This document shows positions 47,701-55,651 of a stretch of DNA of 64,000 nucleotides, in pieces. The translations under genes were made by a program, and so were the position numbers. How positions within the stretch are numbered: the first letter of the stretch is position 1; every line of letters begins with the position of its first letter. Source of the stretch: an uncultured Gammaproteobacteria bacterium (GTDB lineage Bacteria > Patescibacteriota > Patescibacteriia > CAZGFX01); contig CAZGFX010000002.1 of assembly GCA_964524845.1 (NCBI GenBank), positions 157,422 through 221,421 of the forward strand. Reading direction: 5' to 3'. The notes under the pieces were generated by a model. The model had not been told where the DNA came from. It did not search any database and saw only the letters and a program-made list of their open reading frames with translations.

Positions 47701-50700
47701 GGATCCTCCCACACGACATCAATTCCAGCCGCCTGAGACAAACCATCTTGATCGTTTTCCAAATAAAATCCAATGCTGGCACCGAGTCCTTGAGCACCAG
47801 AACTATCATAATTTATTCTCTCTATACGTAACGCCTCCATAATATCAGACGCATCATTCTGAGAAAGAACCGAGAGTGTAGAAGCCGGAGTACTTGTACC
47901 AACACCAAGCCTATTATTTGTATCATCCCAGAATAGATTTGAATTATCTTGAGTGTACACACCACTTCCCCCAGCAAATACAAGTGAGCCCGATGTAAAT
48001 TGAGTACCGGTTCCTGTACCGCCTCTTGTAACATTTAAATATTGTTCTGATGTTAATGAGTTTGTTCCATTCCAATACGCTATATATCCGTTTGTTCCTG
48101 TTCCTGTTGCAACAGTTCCTGATGTTGGAAGCGTAATACTTGTAGCTCCTGATGTTGTAAAAAATAGCGTGTTCCCTGCAGTACCAAGAGGAACAACACC
48201 GGTATTATCTTGAAAAGTTATCGTCTTATCAGATACTGTTGGATCTGTTATAGCAAATGTTGTTTCGTATGTGTTGTCTGTTGCTCCTTCAAAAACCAGA
48301 GGAGAGGCACCTTGAATAACACCTCCGAGAGTCAGTGCATTAGAAGCGTTTCCGATCGATACAGCACCAGTTGATGTCCCTGTGTTTATATTTGTAGTAA
48401 AGTTTGAACTTGCATTTATAGAAGACGTTGCTCCTGACACAGTAAGTCCTCCTGTTCCTTGTATAACTCCTGTTGTTGAGTTAACACCAACAAAAGATGC
48501 TGCACCAGCACCTGAAACAGACCATTGTCCATCTGTAATAACAACATTTGCTGATGCATTTCCTATTGTAACCGTCCCCGTTGATGTACCGGTGTTTATG
48601 TTTGTAGCAAAATTTGAACCATGATTAATATATACAGTGTTTCCTGAAGTTACAAAAGAACCAGTGTTTGTAATACCCCGAACAGAAACTATTGCACCAG
48701 ATGAATTTACTTGAAACAAGTCTCCATTTCCTACAGTAAACAAAGAATCCGGAGATGAATCACCCACACCAACGTTTCCTCCATTAAAAACAGCAGAATA
48801 TGTGTTGTCACGACTATTTGCAGTATCAGTATCAACATATAAACCTGTAATTGTGTTTCTATATCCTCCAAAATCATCGTCTATGTTTATATGCATACCA
48901 TACACGGTGTCCACATAATCCTCGTTTTGTGGATTGTTTGAAATATTTAATTTATATCCATATAGTGTAGCAATATCACTTGGATTCATTGTTACATTAT
49001 GAGAAATACTTGAGGAAGCATCGGTTTGTAGATCTAAAGAGGTCAAACTAAGAACGGGATTTGTTACATCGCTTGACGAAATAGATATTGTATCATCTGT
49101 AATAGATGGCGAAAGGTTTGTTCCTGATCTGGTCCAATATCCCAGCGTTCCTGTTGATGGTGGTGTTGTAGTAAGATACCCTGAAGAATCAGTATATACA
49201 CCACTTTCCGTACCGAGCGAATTAAATAAAATATTTCCTGATGATGCTAAACCAGTGAGACCTGATGCGACACCGGCTGACGACACGTCCCACGATGATG
49301 TGTTTATAGCGAGCGTGTTTGATCCACCACCGATTGATACGGCGCCGGTTGATGTTCCTGTATTTATGTTTGTCGCGAAATTAGAACTTGCGTTCAATGA
49401 TACTGCTCCACCCGAGCTTGTCACTGCTCCAGTGTTTGTAATTCCTTGAACAGATGCTATTGCGCCAGATGAGTTGACTTGAAAAAGATCTCCGTTCCCT
49501 ACTGTGAAAAGAGATGCAGGAGTTGTATCTCCGATACCAATATTTCCTGCAGGAGTGATATTTAAAAATTCGTTCGTTCCTTCTAGAATACGCAAATTAC
49601 CTTCGCTTGACCCATCTGTTTCTTGTATACCGATTTTCCAATCGCGAGCAGTCGTTGTTTCGGCTGCGGTTGAATATACATGAAGCGATGATGGTCCTAA
49701 ATATAAATCTCTCCAACGCAAAGAAGACGATCCGAGATCATAAGAATCATCACTGTTTGGTCCAACTGATCCGGCAACTTGTAATTTAAATGTCGATGGT
49801 GCACTTGTGCCAACACCAACGTTTCCACTACTATTAACATATAAACTATTTACAGATGCGCCATCCTCAATTACAAAAACATTGATACTACCTCCTGTCG
49901 TATCTTGAATTCTAAAATCATCGTTTGCATTCACACCCATTTTCCATTGCCTAGCATCATTAATAAAATCAAAATCAGCAGCTCCATTAAGACCTGTATT
50001 TTCTATTCTTCCTGCAATATAACTTCCGGCCGCTGATCCAGAAACATGCAATCTTTGTTGAGGACTAGCAGTCCCGATCCCAAGCCTATTATTCGTATCA
50101 TCCCAAAAAAGGTTTGTATTATCTTGTGAGTACACTCCGCTTCCTCCAGCAAACACTAGTGATCCTGAAGTAAACTCAGTACCTGTACCGGTACCACCAC
50201 GTCCAACAGAAAGGTATTGTTCTGATGTTAATGAGTTTGTTCCATTCCAATACGCGACGTATCCATTTGTACCAGTTCCTGTTGCCATGGTTCCTGATGT
50301 TGGAAGAGTTATGCTTGTTGCTCCTGATGTTGTAAAAAATAGTGTGTTCCCTGCAGTGCCAAGAGGAACAACACCGGTATTATCTTGAAATGTTATTGTC
50401 TTATCAGATGCAGTGGTATCAGTGATTGAAAATGTAGTCTCATAAGTATCGTCTGTAGCTCCTTCAAACACAAGAGGAGAAGCACCCTGAATAATACCTC
50501 CTAGAGTTAATGCATTAGAAGAGTTTCCAATTGATACAGCTCCTGTTGATGTGCCTGTGTTTATATTTGTCGCAAAATTAGAATTTTCGTTGATAGATGA
50601 CGAGGCACCAGACACAGTAAGTCCTCCTGTTCCTTGTATAAGTCCTGTGGTTGAATTAACACCGACAAACGAAGCTGCACCAGCACCTGAAACAGACCAT

Positions 50701-52025
50701 TGTCCATCTGTAATAGCAACATTTGCTGATGCGTTTCCTATTGTAACGGTACCGGTTGATGTTCCTGTGTTTATATTCGTTGCAAAGTTTGAATTTGCAT
50801 TTAAAGAGATGACCGCACCACTTGCTGTGGTTGTTCCTGTAACAGTAAGGCCGGTTAAGCCTGATGCGACACCGGCTGATGACACATCCCACGATGATGT
50901 ATTTATTGCTAGTGTATTTGAATTTCCACCTATTGATACAGCACCCGTTGATGTTCCTGTATTGATGTTTGTCGCGAAATTAGAACTTGCATTCAGAGAT
51001 GCTATTCCGCCACTGGTTGTAGTTGCTCCCGTAACAGTAAGGCCGGTAAGACCTGATGCGACACCGGCTGACGACACGTCCCACGATGATGTATTTATTG
51101 CTAGTGTATTTGAATTTCCACCGATTGATACGGCGCCGGTTGATGTTCCTGTGTTTATGTTTGTAGCAAAATTAGAACTTGCGTTCAAAGATATTGCTGC
51201 GCCCGAGCTTGTGACTGCTCCAGTGTTTGTAATTCCTGTCATGTATGATGTTCCGTCCACTTCGAGATCATTCTGAATATATAAATCACCAAGTCCATCG
51301 GCGTTGTTTGCTGTACCAGCTGAACCAGTACGGATAAGTCCTCCATCTAGAACCCGAAGAGCGGATGTGCCATTGTCCTGTACATCGAGAATACCTCCTG
51401 TTCCTTGTTGATTGATGACGATCGCTGATCCACTTGATGTATTTACGGTCACAGATGTATTTGCTTGAAATGTGTATGATCCTGTTATTGTTTCGTTTTC
51501 TGATGTGTCTGCAAATTCTTCTTCTGATTTACCATCAAGAGCGTCTGTGTTAAATGCATAAGGAGATGCGGTCATTCTTTTTCTTGGCAAAAAAACTTCT
51601 TCGTACGATCCATTGTTATCAGCATCAAGACGAACCTCGAGATATAAGTTATCAGTATTGAAATCAAGAGAACCAGGAAGAGATGTATGAGTTCCTATAT
51701 CAACTGAGAATATTCCATCAGTAAGTGAAACTTGAGATGTTCCTGAATTCCACGTCTCTGTATAAGCGGCCGATCCTCCTGTGCTAACTGTAAAAAATGC
51801 AAACTGCATATTGTAACTGCTGTTTGCAATATTAATACCATTTGATGCTGTGATCTTGGCTTGATAAGAAAGTTTTTTGTTTATACCTGCGGCACCATAA
51901 ACAATCGGCACCCACGTAAAAAACAAACACGCTAAAACAAGCGCGGTAAGAAGCTTCCTTAAGACTGAAAATCGTATTAAAACAAGCATGGTAATTTTTA
52001 CGAAAACCTTTTCAGTTAGCGCCAA
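41751..52025 (-). CDS. giant (3424 aa) membrane-anchored, repeat-rich fibre-like surface protein with an internal phage tail-fibre S74-type intramolecular-chaperone-like module
   Basis: N-terminal TM/signal; Gly/Ser/Thr/Asn-rich beta-repeats; recurring motif [IV]G[IV]GDxxPxSL[FL]TVGxGDxFQVNSSG (tail-fibre-like NVGIGT..P class); about 64-aa and about 113-aa tandem repeat families; a large block duplicated 2160 nt apart. About 679 aa from the C-terminus lies SSRRYKKSITDIETDTSKIFDLRPVSYTPNEL...GLIAEEAAEVLPQLVFFDNQG...YEILSVLLLKEMQ (pattern of the peptidase-S74 chaperone domain), then a Pro/Thr-rich C-terminus. Confidence 0.85.
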   Translation of the reverse strand: MALTEKVFVKITMLVLIRFSVLRKLLTALVLACLFFTWVPIVYGAAGINKKLSYQAKITASNGINIANSSYNMQFAFFTVSTGGSAAYTETWNSGTSQVSLTDGIFSVDIGTHTSLPGSLDFNTDNLYLEVRLDADNNGSYEEVFLPRKRMTASPYAFNTDALDGKSEEEFADTSENETITGSYTFQANTSVTVNTSSGSAIVINQQGTGGILDVQDNGTSALRVLDGGLIRTGSAGTANNADGLGDLYIQNDLEVDGTSYMTGITNTGAVTSSGAAISLNASSNFATNINTGTSTGAVSIGGNSNTLAINTSSWDVSSAGVASGLTGLTVTGATTTSGGIASLNASSNFATNINTGTSTGAVSIGGNSNTLAINTSSWDVSSAGVASGLTGLTVTGTTTASGAVISLNANSNFATNINTGTSTGTVTIGNASANVAITDGQWSVSGAGAASFVGVNSTTGLIQGTGGLTVSGASSSINENSNFATNINTGTSTGAVSIGNSSNALTLGGIIQGASPLVFEGATDDTYETTFSITDTTASDKTITFQDNTGVVPLGTAGNTLFFTTSGATSITLPTSGTMATGTGTNGYVAYWNGTNSLTSEQYLSVGRGGTGTGTEFTSGSLVFAGGSGVYSQDNTNLFWDDTNNRLGIGTASPQQRLHVSGSAAGSYIAGRIENTGLNGAADFDFINDARQWKMGVNANDDFRIQDTTGGSINVFVIEDGASVNSLYVNSSGNVGVGTSAPSTFKLQVAGSVGPNSDDSYDLGSSSLRWRDLYLGPSSLHVYSTAAETTTARDWKIGIQETDGSSEGNLRILEGTNEFLNITPAGNIGIGDTTPASLFTVGNGDLFQVNSSGAIASVQGITNTGAVTSSGGAVSLNASSNFATNINTGTSTGAVSIGGGSNTLAINTSSWDVSSAGVASGLTGLASSGNILFNSLGTESGVYTDSSGYLTTTPPSTGTLGYWTRSGTNLSPSITDDTISISSSDVTNPVLSLTSLDLQTDASSSISHNVTMNPSDIATLYGYKLNISNNPQNEDYVDTVYGMHINIDDDFGGYRNTITGLYVDTDTANSRDNTYSAVFNGGNVGVGDSSPDSLFTVGNGDLFQVNSSGAIVSVRGITNTGSFVTSGNTVYINHGSNFATNINTGTSTGTVTIGNASANVVITDGQWSVSGAGAASFVGVNSTTGVIQGTGGLTVSGATSSINASSNFTTNINTGTSTGAVSIGNASNALTLGGVIQGASPLVFEGATDNTYETTFAITDPTVSDKTITFQDNTGVVPLGTAGNTLFFTTSGATSITLPTSGTVATGTGTNGYIAYWNGTNSLTSEQYLNVTRGGTGTGTQFTSGSLVFAGGSGVYTQDNSNLFWDDTNNRLGVGTSTPASTLSVLSQNDASDIMEALRIERINYDSSGAQGLGASIGFYLENDQDGLSQAAGIDVVWEDPRETREKASVIFNHMNNSSMSEAFRISYEGYIGIGDSSPTSLFTVGNGDLFQVNSYGNLVKVNNVSYSWPASQGASNTYLRNDGSGNLTWVTVSGTGDITTVGSMTSGDVFMDANADDDWLGLGAAAGRITFDDQATDYVNILSANVGIGETTPASLLTVGSGDTFQVNSSGNLVKVNNVTYSWPSAQGGAGTVLSNNGSGTLTWVTGSGTGDITTVGSMTGGDVFMDANADDDWLGLGASAGRVAFDDQATDYVNIMSANLGVGDATPASLFTVGDGDLFQVNSSGNIVKVNNVTYSWPGSQGSSNTVLRNDGSGNLTWVSAGTGDVTSVGSMTSGDAFSDANADDDWLGLGSIAGRIAFDDQATDYVNILSANVGIGDATPASLLTVGNGDLFQVNSSGYALYPLGAVGTPSVSFVSDPNTGIYSSGADALDFATGGTNRMTINSSGNISVGTTATSYSKFTISSNQANSSVYNWLTFDNQGGGYGDWTIHKQNTNDLAFSSGTTNGQTLSNTVMTLLYGGNVGVGDITPDQLLEIMSSGAANTQFTISNTNAGNYDSQIGFELADGTNTFTMGIDDSDSDKFKISTTALGTNDRFVIDSSGNIGIGTNTPSSILHLSKANTTATVIDTLTMNVTRPSMDNTGLGSGIVTYLEDNDGMGLEAGSIDTVWESAGVNSGVSSMRFNVRNTGSMIEAMRVDNAGYVGIGDSSPASLFTVGSGDLFQVNSSGYAYHPLGAVGNPSISFVGDTNTGVYSSGADTIDLTTAGTRRLSVTSGGLVGVGAFSNPLYPPSSLLDIEQTGTDGGLTDFIEITNTRQASSNTQTGVLFNQWFSGSVDDPGVDGSARIIVGTEGAWNDTASTRDSYFSLQTSLNGDLYERMRINSNGYMGIGDTSPDAMLDVASSSAINTNVFVVNTNAGDYDTAIGFQLAEGTNSFTMGVDDSDSDKFKISTTGLGTSDRFVIDSSGNIGLGFATPSTNLHLYENSTQTTPMLMLQQAGTGDPAIGFVSDTSSSSGHYVMGIDSSTSYDDFVIGFNDGSYPPTFDNSYGFFRVMPSDGSVNLSGIYDDSLEMKLGYFEDSYIRYTGYNGTSIRFGLGTNAPSANFHIYENSTETTPMLKIEQMGTGDATLMFKSGDDTVSMGIDTSAPNISKFKMSMSGDGGAWTGTALTVSYSGRELILGDPDDSNITIGSSIDMNRSLFLTSEDPQIAFSDTNVLVYSNSGPNDFNIETNSVNRFSITSDGDAYFYGGRLEADNDFFVNGDSFLGYTEIEGSFYASSTVAFDGLPSSGTAGTAIHINGSNQLFKYTSSRRYKKSITDIETDTSKIFDLRPVSYTPNELPDLPENRTFGLIAEEAAEVLPQLVFFDNQGRPDSVHYEILSVLLLKEMQKTKTNILDPLMNGTLALSLPKISSDGGVIQSDGLGNITTGTIKTNSFSSDNGLITSNGLGTLSVNNLAVTSGISGGTLTIGSFSSDGGLISTNGAGTLTAKNIVVTDTVNVGNGLADSHTESPIALADDTNTKLDGTFTSTSIVGALNELNRQVFDLAKYYQVGDLSIEQGDLVSIDPSDSESVVKATRTSGKSVIGVVTEHPNTTLETTSDDQSSKLVVLVGRVPVKIDINHSADIVTGDYLSSSPDMPGYAIKATGPGFVVGQAMSGWSSGIEPSTNSVIVFVQPQYWIGMATTDELYGLSLVFDDEEVVEGDDDVQVQPSAGDIQGVYIDPSDVQQTPDPNVQNIVEDINPQYNKWSLGDGLQIDVAIMSLTGALVVKEKAVFEKDLVVKGNVEIQGTLVVRDAVTLEKNLELKGGLSVVSKDVAGSVRFSYNQITQHIAFVAPKKNEVLVSLTPKFEDPDTARSWKGRVWVSNQTEEGFDIEMSEPVCDVATEPGCAKFVDVTWLAFEVGTDQINRDTINPNVPIYINNPTPPTDSLAEIIETSEPIPETPASPVIVDQPVSTPVTTTSSGETTPTSETGTDVSMVENQ
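46480..47560. repeat. three tandem copies of an about 339-nt (113-aa) unit inside the giant gene (VNNVTYSWP..QG...DANADDDWLGLG..AGRIAFDDQATDYVNILSANVGIGDATPASLLTVG)
   Basis: Near-identical DNA blocks starting near 46520, 46861 and 47200. Confidence 0.7.
50540..51290. repeat. intragenic tandem repeats of about 192 nt (64 aa: ASSNFATNINTGTSTGAVSIGGNSNTLAINTSSWDVSSAGVASGLTGLTVTG...) inside the giant gene; further copies near 48380-48620 and 49255-49450
   Basis: Repeated peptide strings visible on both the coding strand and antisense ORFs (50551-51276, 48382-48624, 49255-49449). Confidence 0.7.
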
Positions 52026-52103
52026 TTACTACTTAAAGTATAGCATAATTCACTTGTTCTTAACAGGTTTTACACAGATTATTAAACTGATTGTAATAAA
52101 ATA

Positions 52104-52138
52104 TAATAATAAAATAAAAATGGCTCTAATAAGCCATT
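52104..52138 (-). terminator. AATGGCT-ctaata-AGCCATT hairpin with minus-strand U-tract, downstream of the 52240 gene
   Basis: 7-bp stem; minus strand continues TTTTATTTTATTATTATAT. Confidence 0.45.
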
Positions 52139-52239
52139 ATTTTCACATTCTTTCTTCTGTTGACCATCTTGTTTGATTCGTTTTGTGTATAAGTTATATT
52201 AAAAATTGAATTATTGATTAATTATGATTATTCCGACTA

Positions 52240-53628
52240 TTATTTTATATATTCTTTATTAAGGATTTCTCGTGTTTTCGGACCGACATAGCCTGTCACT
52301 GAAATTCCTCTTGCACGCTGGAAATCTGCCACGGCATCTACTGTGACTTTTCCATAAATTGCACTTGGATTTGTGTTTGCTGGAAAAAATCCGATTTTTT
52401 GCAAGAATGTTTGAAGTAAACGAACCTCTTCATCGATAGATCCTTCTGTAAGAAACTTAGTAAACACAATTTTTGAATCAGTAGGAACCGGTTTTTGTTC
52501 AAAATTATCTGAAACAGAAGAACTTGTTGGCATTGAATTCTCGACTAGAATTGTATTTAAATCTGATGTAGTTATTCCTAAACTCAAAAACCTCATTATA
52601 GAATAAGCCGCGCTTCCGTCTTTCATGTAATACCTTTTTTGATCAGCTGGATTTATATACCACGCCTCTCCTCTAGATTCTACTTGAAGCAAAATTCTTC
52701 CGCTCAAACGATTAATTAATTTCGTATCATAAATTAAAGATCCACTTCCTATTGGATTTGTGTTTTTTATCAACGCCTCGTCTCCATCACTTATGCCATC
52801 TCCGTCCGTATCTTTCTGAGTAGGCGATGTTTTCAAAGCCTCCTCTAATTTATCAGATAAGCCATCATTATCCGTGTCAGCGTCTTTAAAACGATTTTCT
52901 GTTCCAATAGGTATCTTTGATAAATCAGAATTTGTAATTCCTAATCCGAAATTACGAAGCGCTTCATAAGCCACTGGACCATCTTTTAAATAAAAACGTT
53001 TTTTTGTAACAGGATACACATACCAAGCCTCACCCTTTGATTCTACTTGAAGAAGTATTTTTCCTGATACTCTATCCAACAAACTCCCACTGGTTATATT
53101 TTTATTAACCGAATTCGTGTCAGAAGAACCACCAACAACTAGCGACGGAAGTCCTTTAATAATGTTTGTTCCTTTTCCGTCGTTTGCTAGAATCGCCCCT
53201 GATATAAACTTCCATTCCGCAAATCCCTTCTTTTTTACAGTAAAATTAACAGTCATCACAAGACCCTTGTCTCCTTTAAATCCGGGATTGAATAAAACAC
53301 CTTCAAATTGAATCGCGTTCGTATTTTTTACAACGGGGGTTGTAAGCCAGAGCTGAACGATTGAATCGTTCGTAATAATCGAATCAACAGTAATATAATC
53401 CGATGAAAAAGACATCTCTCCAGAAACCGCGTTAATTGATTCTGAGTCGGAAGACGTTGTTATTTGTAAGGATCCTTTTTCCCCAATTGAATAATCTGAT
53501 TTGTTTGTTGTAATCGAAAAACTAGCAATTCCAATGGCATGTGTTTCCTTTTCGCACTGAAAAAAAAGTGCGCCTACAATAATTGCGACGAGGATGAAAA
53601 AATTAATTGTATAAAAAAATGTTTTCAT
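52240..53628 (-). CDS. secreted/anchored protein: cohesin-like beta domain, duplicated about 55-aa module, thrombospondin-type-3-like Ca-binding repeats, C-terminal peptidoglycan-binding (PG_binding_1-like) domain
   Basis: Start at MKTFFYTINFFILVAIIVGALF (4-nt ATGA overlap with the upstream gene); DADTDNDGLSDKLEEAL / DTDGDGISDGDEAL; duplicated SG[KR]ILLQVES[KR]GEAWY..P...KR[FY]Y[LM]KDG..AY; C-terminal EEVRLLQTFLQKIGFF...GKVTVDAVADFQRARGISVTGYVGPKTREIL. Confidence 0.6.
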   Translation of the reverse strand: MKTFFYTINFFILVAIIVGALFFQCEKETHAIGIASFSITTNKSDYSIGEKGSLQITTSSDSESINAVSGEMSFSSDYITVDSIITNDSIVQLWLTTPVVKNTNAIQFEGVLFNPGFKGDKGLVMTVNFTVKKKGFAEWKFISGAILANDGKGTNIIKGLPSLVVGGSSDTNSVNKNITSGSLLDRVSGKILLQVESKGEAWYVYPVTKKRFYLKDGPVAYEALRNFGLGITNSDLSKIPIGTENRFKDADTDNDGLSDKLEEALKTSPTQKDTDGDGISDGDEALIKNTNPIGSGSLIYDTKLINRLSGRILLQVESRGEAWYINPADQKRYYMKDGSAAYSIMRFLSLGITTSDLNTILVENSMPTSSSVSDNFEQKPVPTDSKIVFTKFLTEGSIDEEVRLLQTFLQKIGFFPANTNPSAIYGKVTVDAVADFQRARGISVTGYVGPKTREILNKEYIK

Positions 53629-54554
53629 GATGTTTTTTTGAGCTTGTATTTTAGAATCAGTTTTATAAGCAGACCAAGAAGCAGGATTCCACCAACCAAA
53701 TACCATACGTAATATATTATACTTATAGACTCAAATATGTTTCTTGGAGGAATTGTTATAATTCGCGCATTTCCATAATTATCAACTGCTTTTATTAATA
53801 TGGTGCTTCTTAACCGCTGGTCTGATAGAATAAAAGGACTTTCTGCTTTTTTCCAAACAACAGAATTGTAATCTCCATTAAAATTTTGAATCTCTGCTAT
53901 AAAATATTCTTTTATCCCGCTTTCTTTGTCTTGTGTATGAAAAATCAAAGAATTTTTTCCATCAAAAAGATTTTTATCTTGCCCGATTATAGGAGAAAAT
54001 ATTTCTGGTGGCATCTCGTCTTTTTCTAAATTTTTTGTTTTTATGCCATCATTAGAAACAGGTGCGTCAGTTTTTTTTATGCTTATTTGTATTACTGGTT
54101 TTGAAACAGATAATAAACTTCCAAGACCATCGTTTTTGAGAACAACAACATCTTGAAACAGAGCATTCCACACGCCATTATCAACTGCTTTGCATTTCAA
54201 TTTAAAAATATTTCCATTTGATGATGAATAACCTCCCGGAATAACTCCTGAAAAATCAATTATTCCCTTCTCGTCTATGATTGGTTTTTTTATCCACAAA
54301 GAAACAAAAGAGGTTCCTGTGTTTATACTATTACACGATAAAACCGAAGATTGAATTGATAACCTTCCTTCAATGGCGTTTAATGATTCTTTTTCAGTAT
54401 CTATTAAAACATCAATATCTAATACATCCCCTACTTTTTTATCATTATATATTGGCTCTATAAAAATACGTGCAGCATTTGAAAAAGAAGGAAATAAAAA
54501 AATAGAAAGGACTGCAACAAAAAATAATAATTTATATCTATTTATGATACTCAT
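53625..54554 (-). CDS. signal-peptide protein with cohesin-like domain and C-terminal TM anchor
   Basis: 309 aa; MSIINRYKLLFFVAVLSIFLFPSFSNA signal; beta-sandwich-like region VGDVLDIDVLIDTEKESLNAIEGRLSIQSSVL...GNIFKLKCKAVDNG; C-terminal YYVWYLVGGILLLGLLIKLILKYKLKK anchor. Cohesin call is tentative. Confidence 0.45.
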   Translation of the reverse strand: MSIINRYKLLFFVAVLSIFLFPSFSNAARIFIEPIYNDKKVGDVLDIDVLIDTEKESLNAIEGRLSIQSSVLSCNSINTGTSFVSLWIKKPIIDEKGIIDFSGVIPGGYSSSNGNIFKLKCKAVDNGVWNALFQDVVVLKNDGLGSLLSVSKPVIQISIKKTDAPVSNDGIKTKNLEKDEMPPEIFSPIIGQDKNLFDGKNSLIFHTQDKESGIKEYFIAEIQNFNGDYNSVVWKKAESPFILSDQRLRSTILIKAVDNYGNARIITIPPRNIFESISIIYYVWYLVGGILLLGLLIKLILKYKLKKTS

Positions 54555-54557
54555 ATA

Positions 54558-55634
54558 TTATCCTGTCCAATGATAAATCAATATACTAAAATCAACCAAG
54601 GTTATCTTTCCGTCCTTATTTAAATCCATATTATTCGGATATCCGCTTCTACCATACCAATACATCATTATGGAAAAATCAACCAAGTTGATTTTTCCAT
54701 CAGTATTAAAATCAACTCCTTTTACAACCAAAAGAGGCTCTGATTTGATTGTTTTATCACTTACATCAAAAACACTCAAAACACTCTCGTTGCTTTTTCT
54801 ACTATTTTTCATCGCCTGAACAAGAAATGAATATTCTCCCTTTTTTAGGTTTTCGGTACTAATATTGATTACATACGCACCACTCCTACCACTTTTGCTA
54901 TTTATATTTATTTGTTTCTCGCCACCGTTAAGACTTGTTGTTATATCACTATAAGGCATAGTATATCCAGAAACAATTAACGAATCTCCTTGTTTCACTT
55001 CCTTAGAATCTGTATATACTGTTGGGGAAATAAAAATATCATTAAACGAAACCGTTGTTCCTTTTTCTACTTTTACGGGAATTGACACGAATCCTGATCG
55101 AAGCCCAGAAGGATCTGTAACAAATATTGTAAAAGTATATTGACCCGGATTAACATCGTTGATACTAAAATTAAAAACTCCATCACTTCCTATATTAATA
55201 GTTTTGACGGAAACGGAATCTCTCAGTACTGACAAAATGCTATTAGGATATGCGTATCCTGAAAAAAACACATCCGTGGTTGTGATCTGTGAAATAATAG
55301 ATCCTCCTCCACCACCACCGCCTCCTCCACTTCCTCCGCTAGGACAAGAACCACAATCAACGGCACAATTACTACATGTTTCCGTTGGTGTTGTGCATAT
55401 TCCATTACCACAAATAACAGGGTCTGTTTCATCATTATCAAGCGCATCTATACATCCCGGATCTGTTGGAAAATCAATTTTTGTATCACTGTCATTATCA
55501 ATTCCATCACTACACTGTGATGTCGCTGTAATTTCAAGCGTGAATTGAGAAGTTCCTGCACTATATAAAATCATAGGCAGAATAATAAATCCACCGAGAA
55601 TCATTGAGTATATTACTGTTTTTAAAATTTTCAT
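54558..55634 (-). CDS. dockerin (type I)-containing secreted protein with Cys/Asp-rich Ca-binding-like N-terminal module and poly-Gly linker
   Basis: C-terminus DFNTDGKINLVDFSIMMYWY...DLNKDGKITLVDFSILIYHW is two canonical dockerin Ca-binding repeats (D-x-N-x-D-G-K-I-N/T-x-x-D); GGSGGGGGGGGGS linker; N-terminal TM/signal. Confidence 0.7.
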   Translation of the reverse strand: MKILKTVIYSMILGGFIILPMILYSAGTSQFTLEITATSQCSDGIDNDSDTKIDFPTDPGCIDALDNDETDPVICGNGICTTPTETCSNCAVDCGSCPSGGSGGGGGGGGGSIISQITTTDVFFSGYAYPNSILSVLRDSVSVKTINIGSDGVFNFSINDVNPGQYTFTIFVTDPSGLRSGFVSIPVKVEKGTTVSFNDIFISPTVYTDSKEVKQGDSLIVSGYTMPYSDITTSLNGGEKQININSKSGRSGAYVINISTENLKKGEYSFLVQAMKNSRKSNESVLSVFDVSDKTIKSEPLLVVKGVDFNTDGKINLVDFSIMMYWYGRSGYPNNMDLNKDGKITLVDFSILIYHWTG

Positions 55635-55651
55635 GATCTATATATATAATA

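Noticed and set aside
50551-51276. 241-aa plus-strand ORF with triplicated peptide PDATPADDTSHDDVFIASVFEFPPIDTAPVDVPV, and similar ORFs at 48382-48624, 49255-49449, 43117-43572 and 45553-45852
   Set aside because: Antisense shadows of the tandem repeats in the minus-strand giant gene; the repeat periodicity keeps the opposite strand open.
55159-55548. 129-aa plus ORF with PPPPPPPPPLPP
   Set aside because: Antisense of the poly-Gly linker (GGSGGGGGGGGGS) of the dockerin protein gene.
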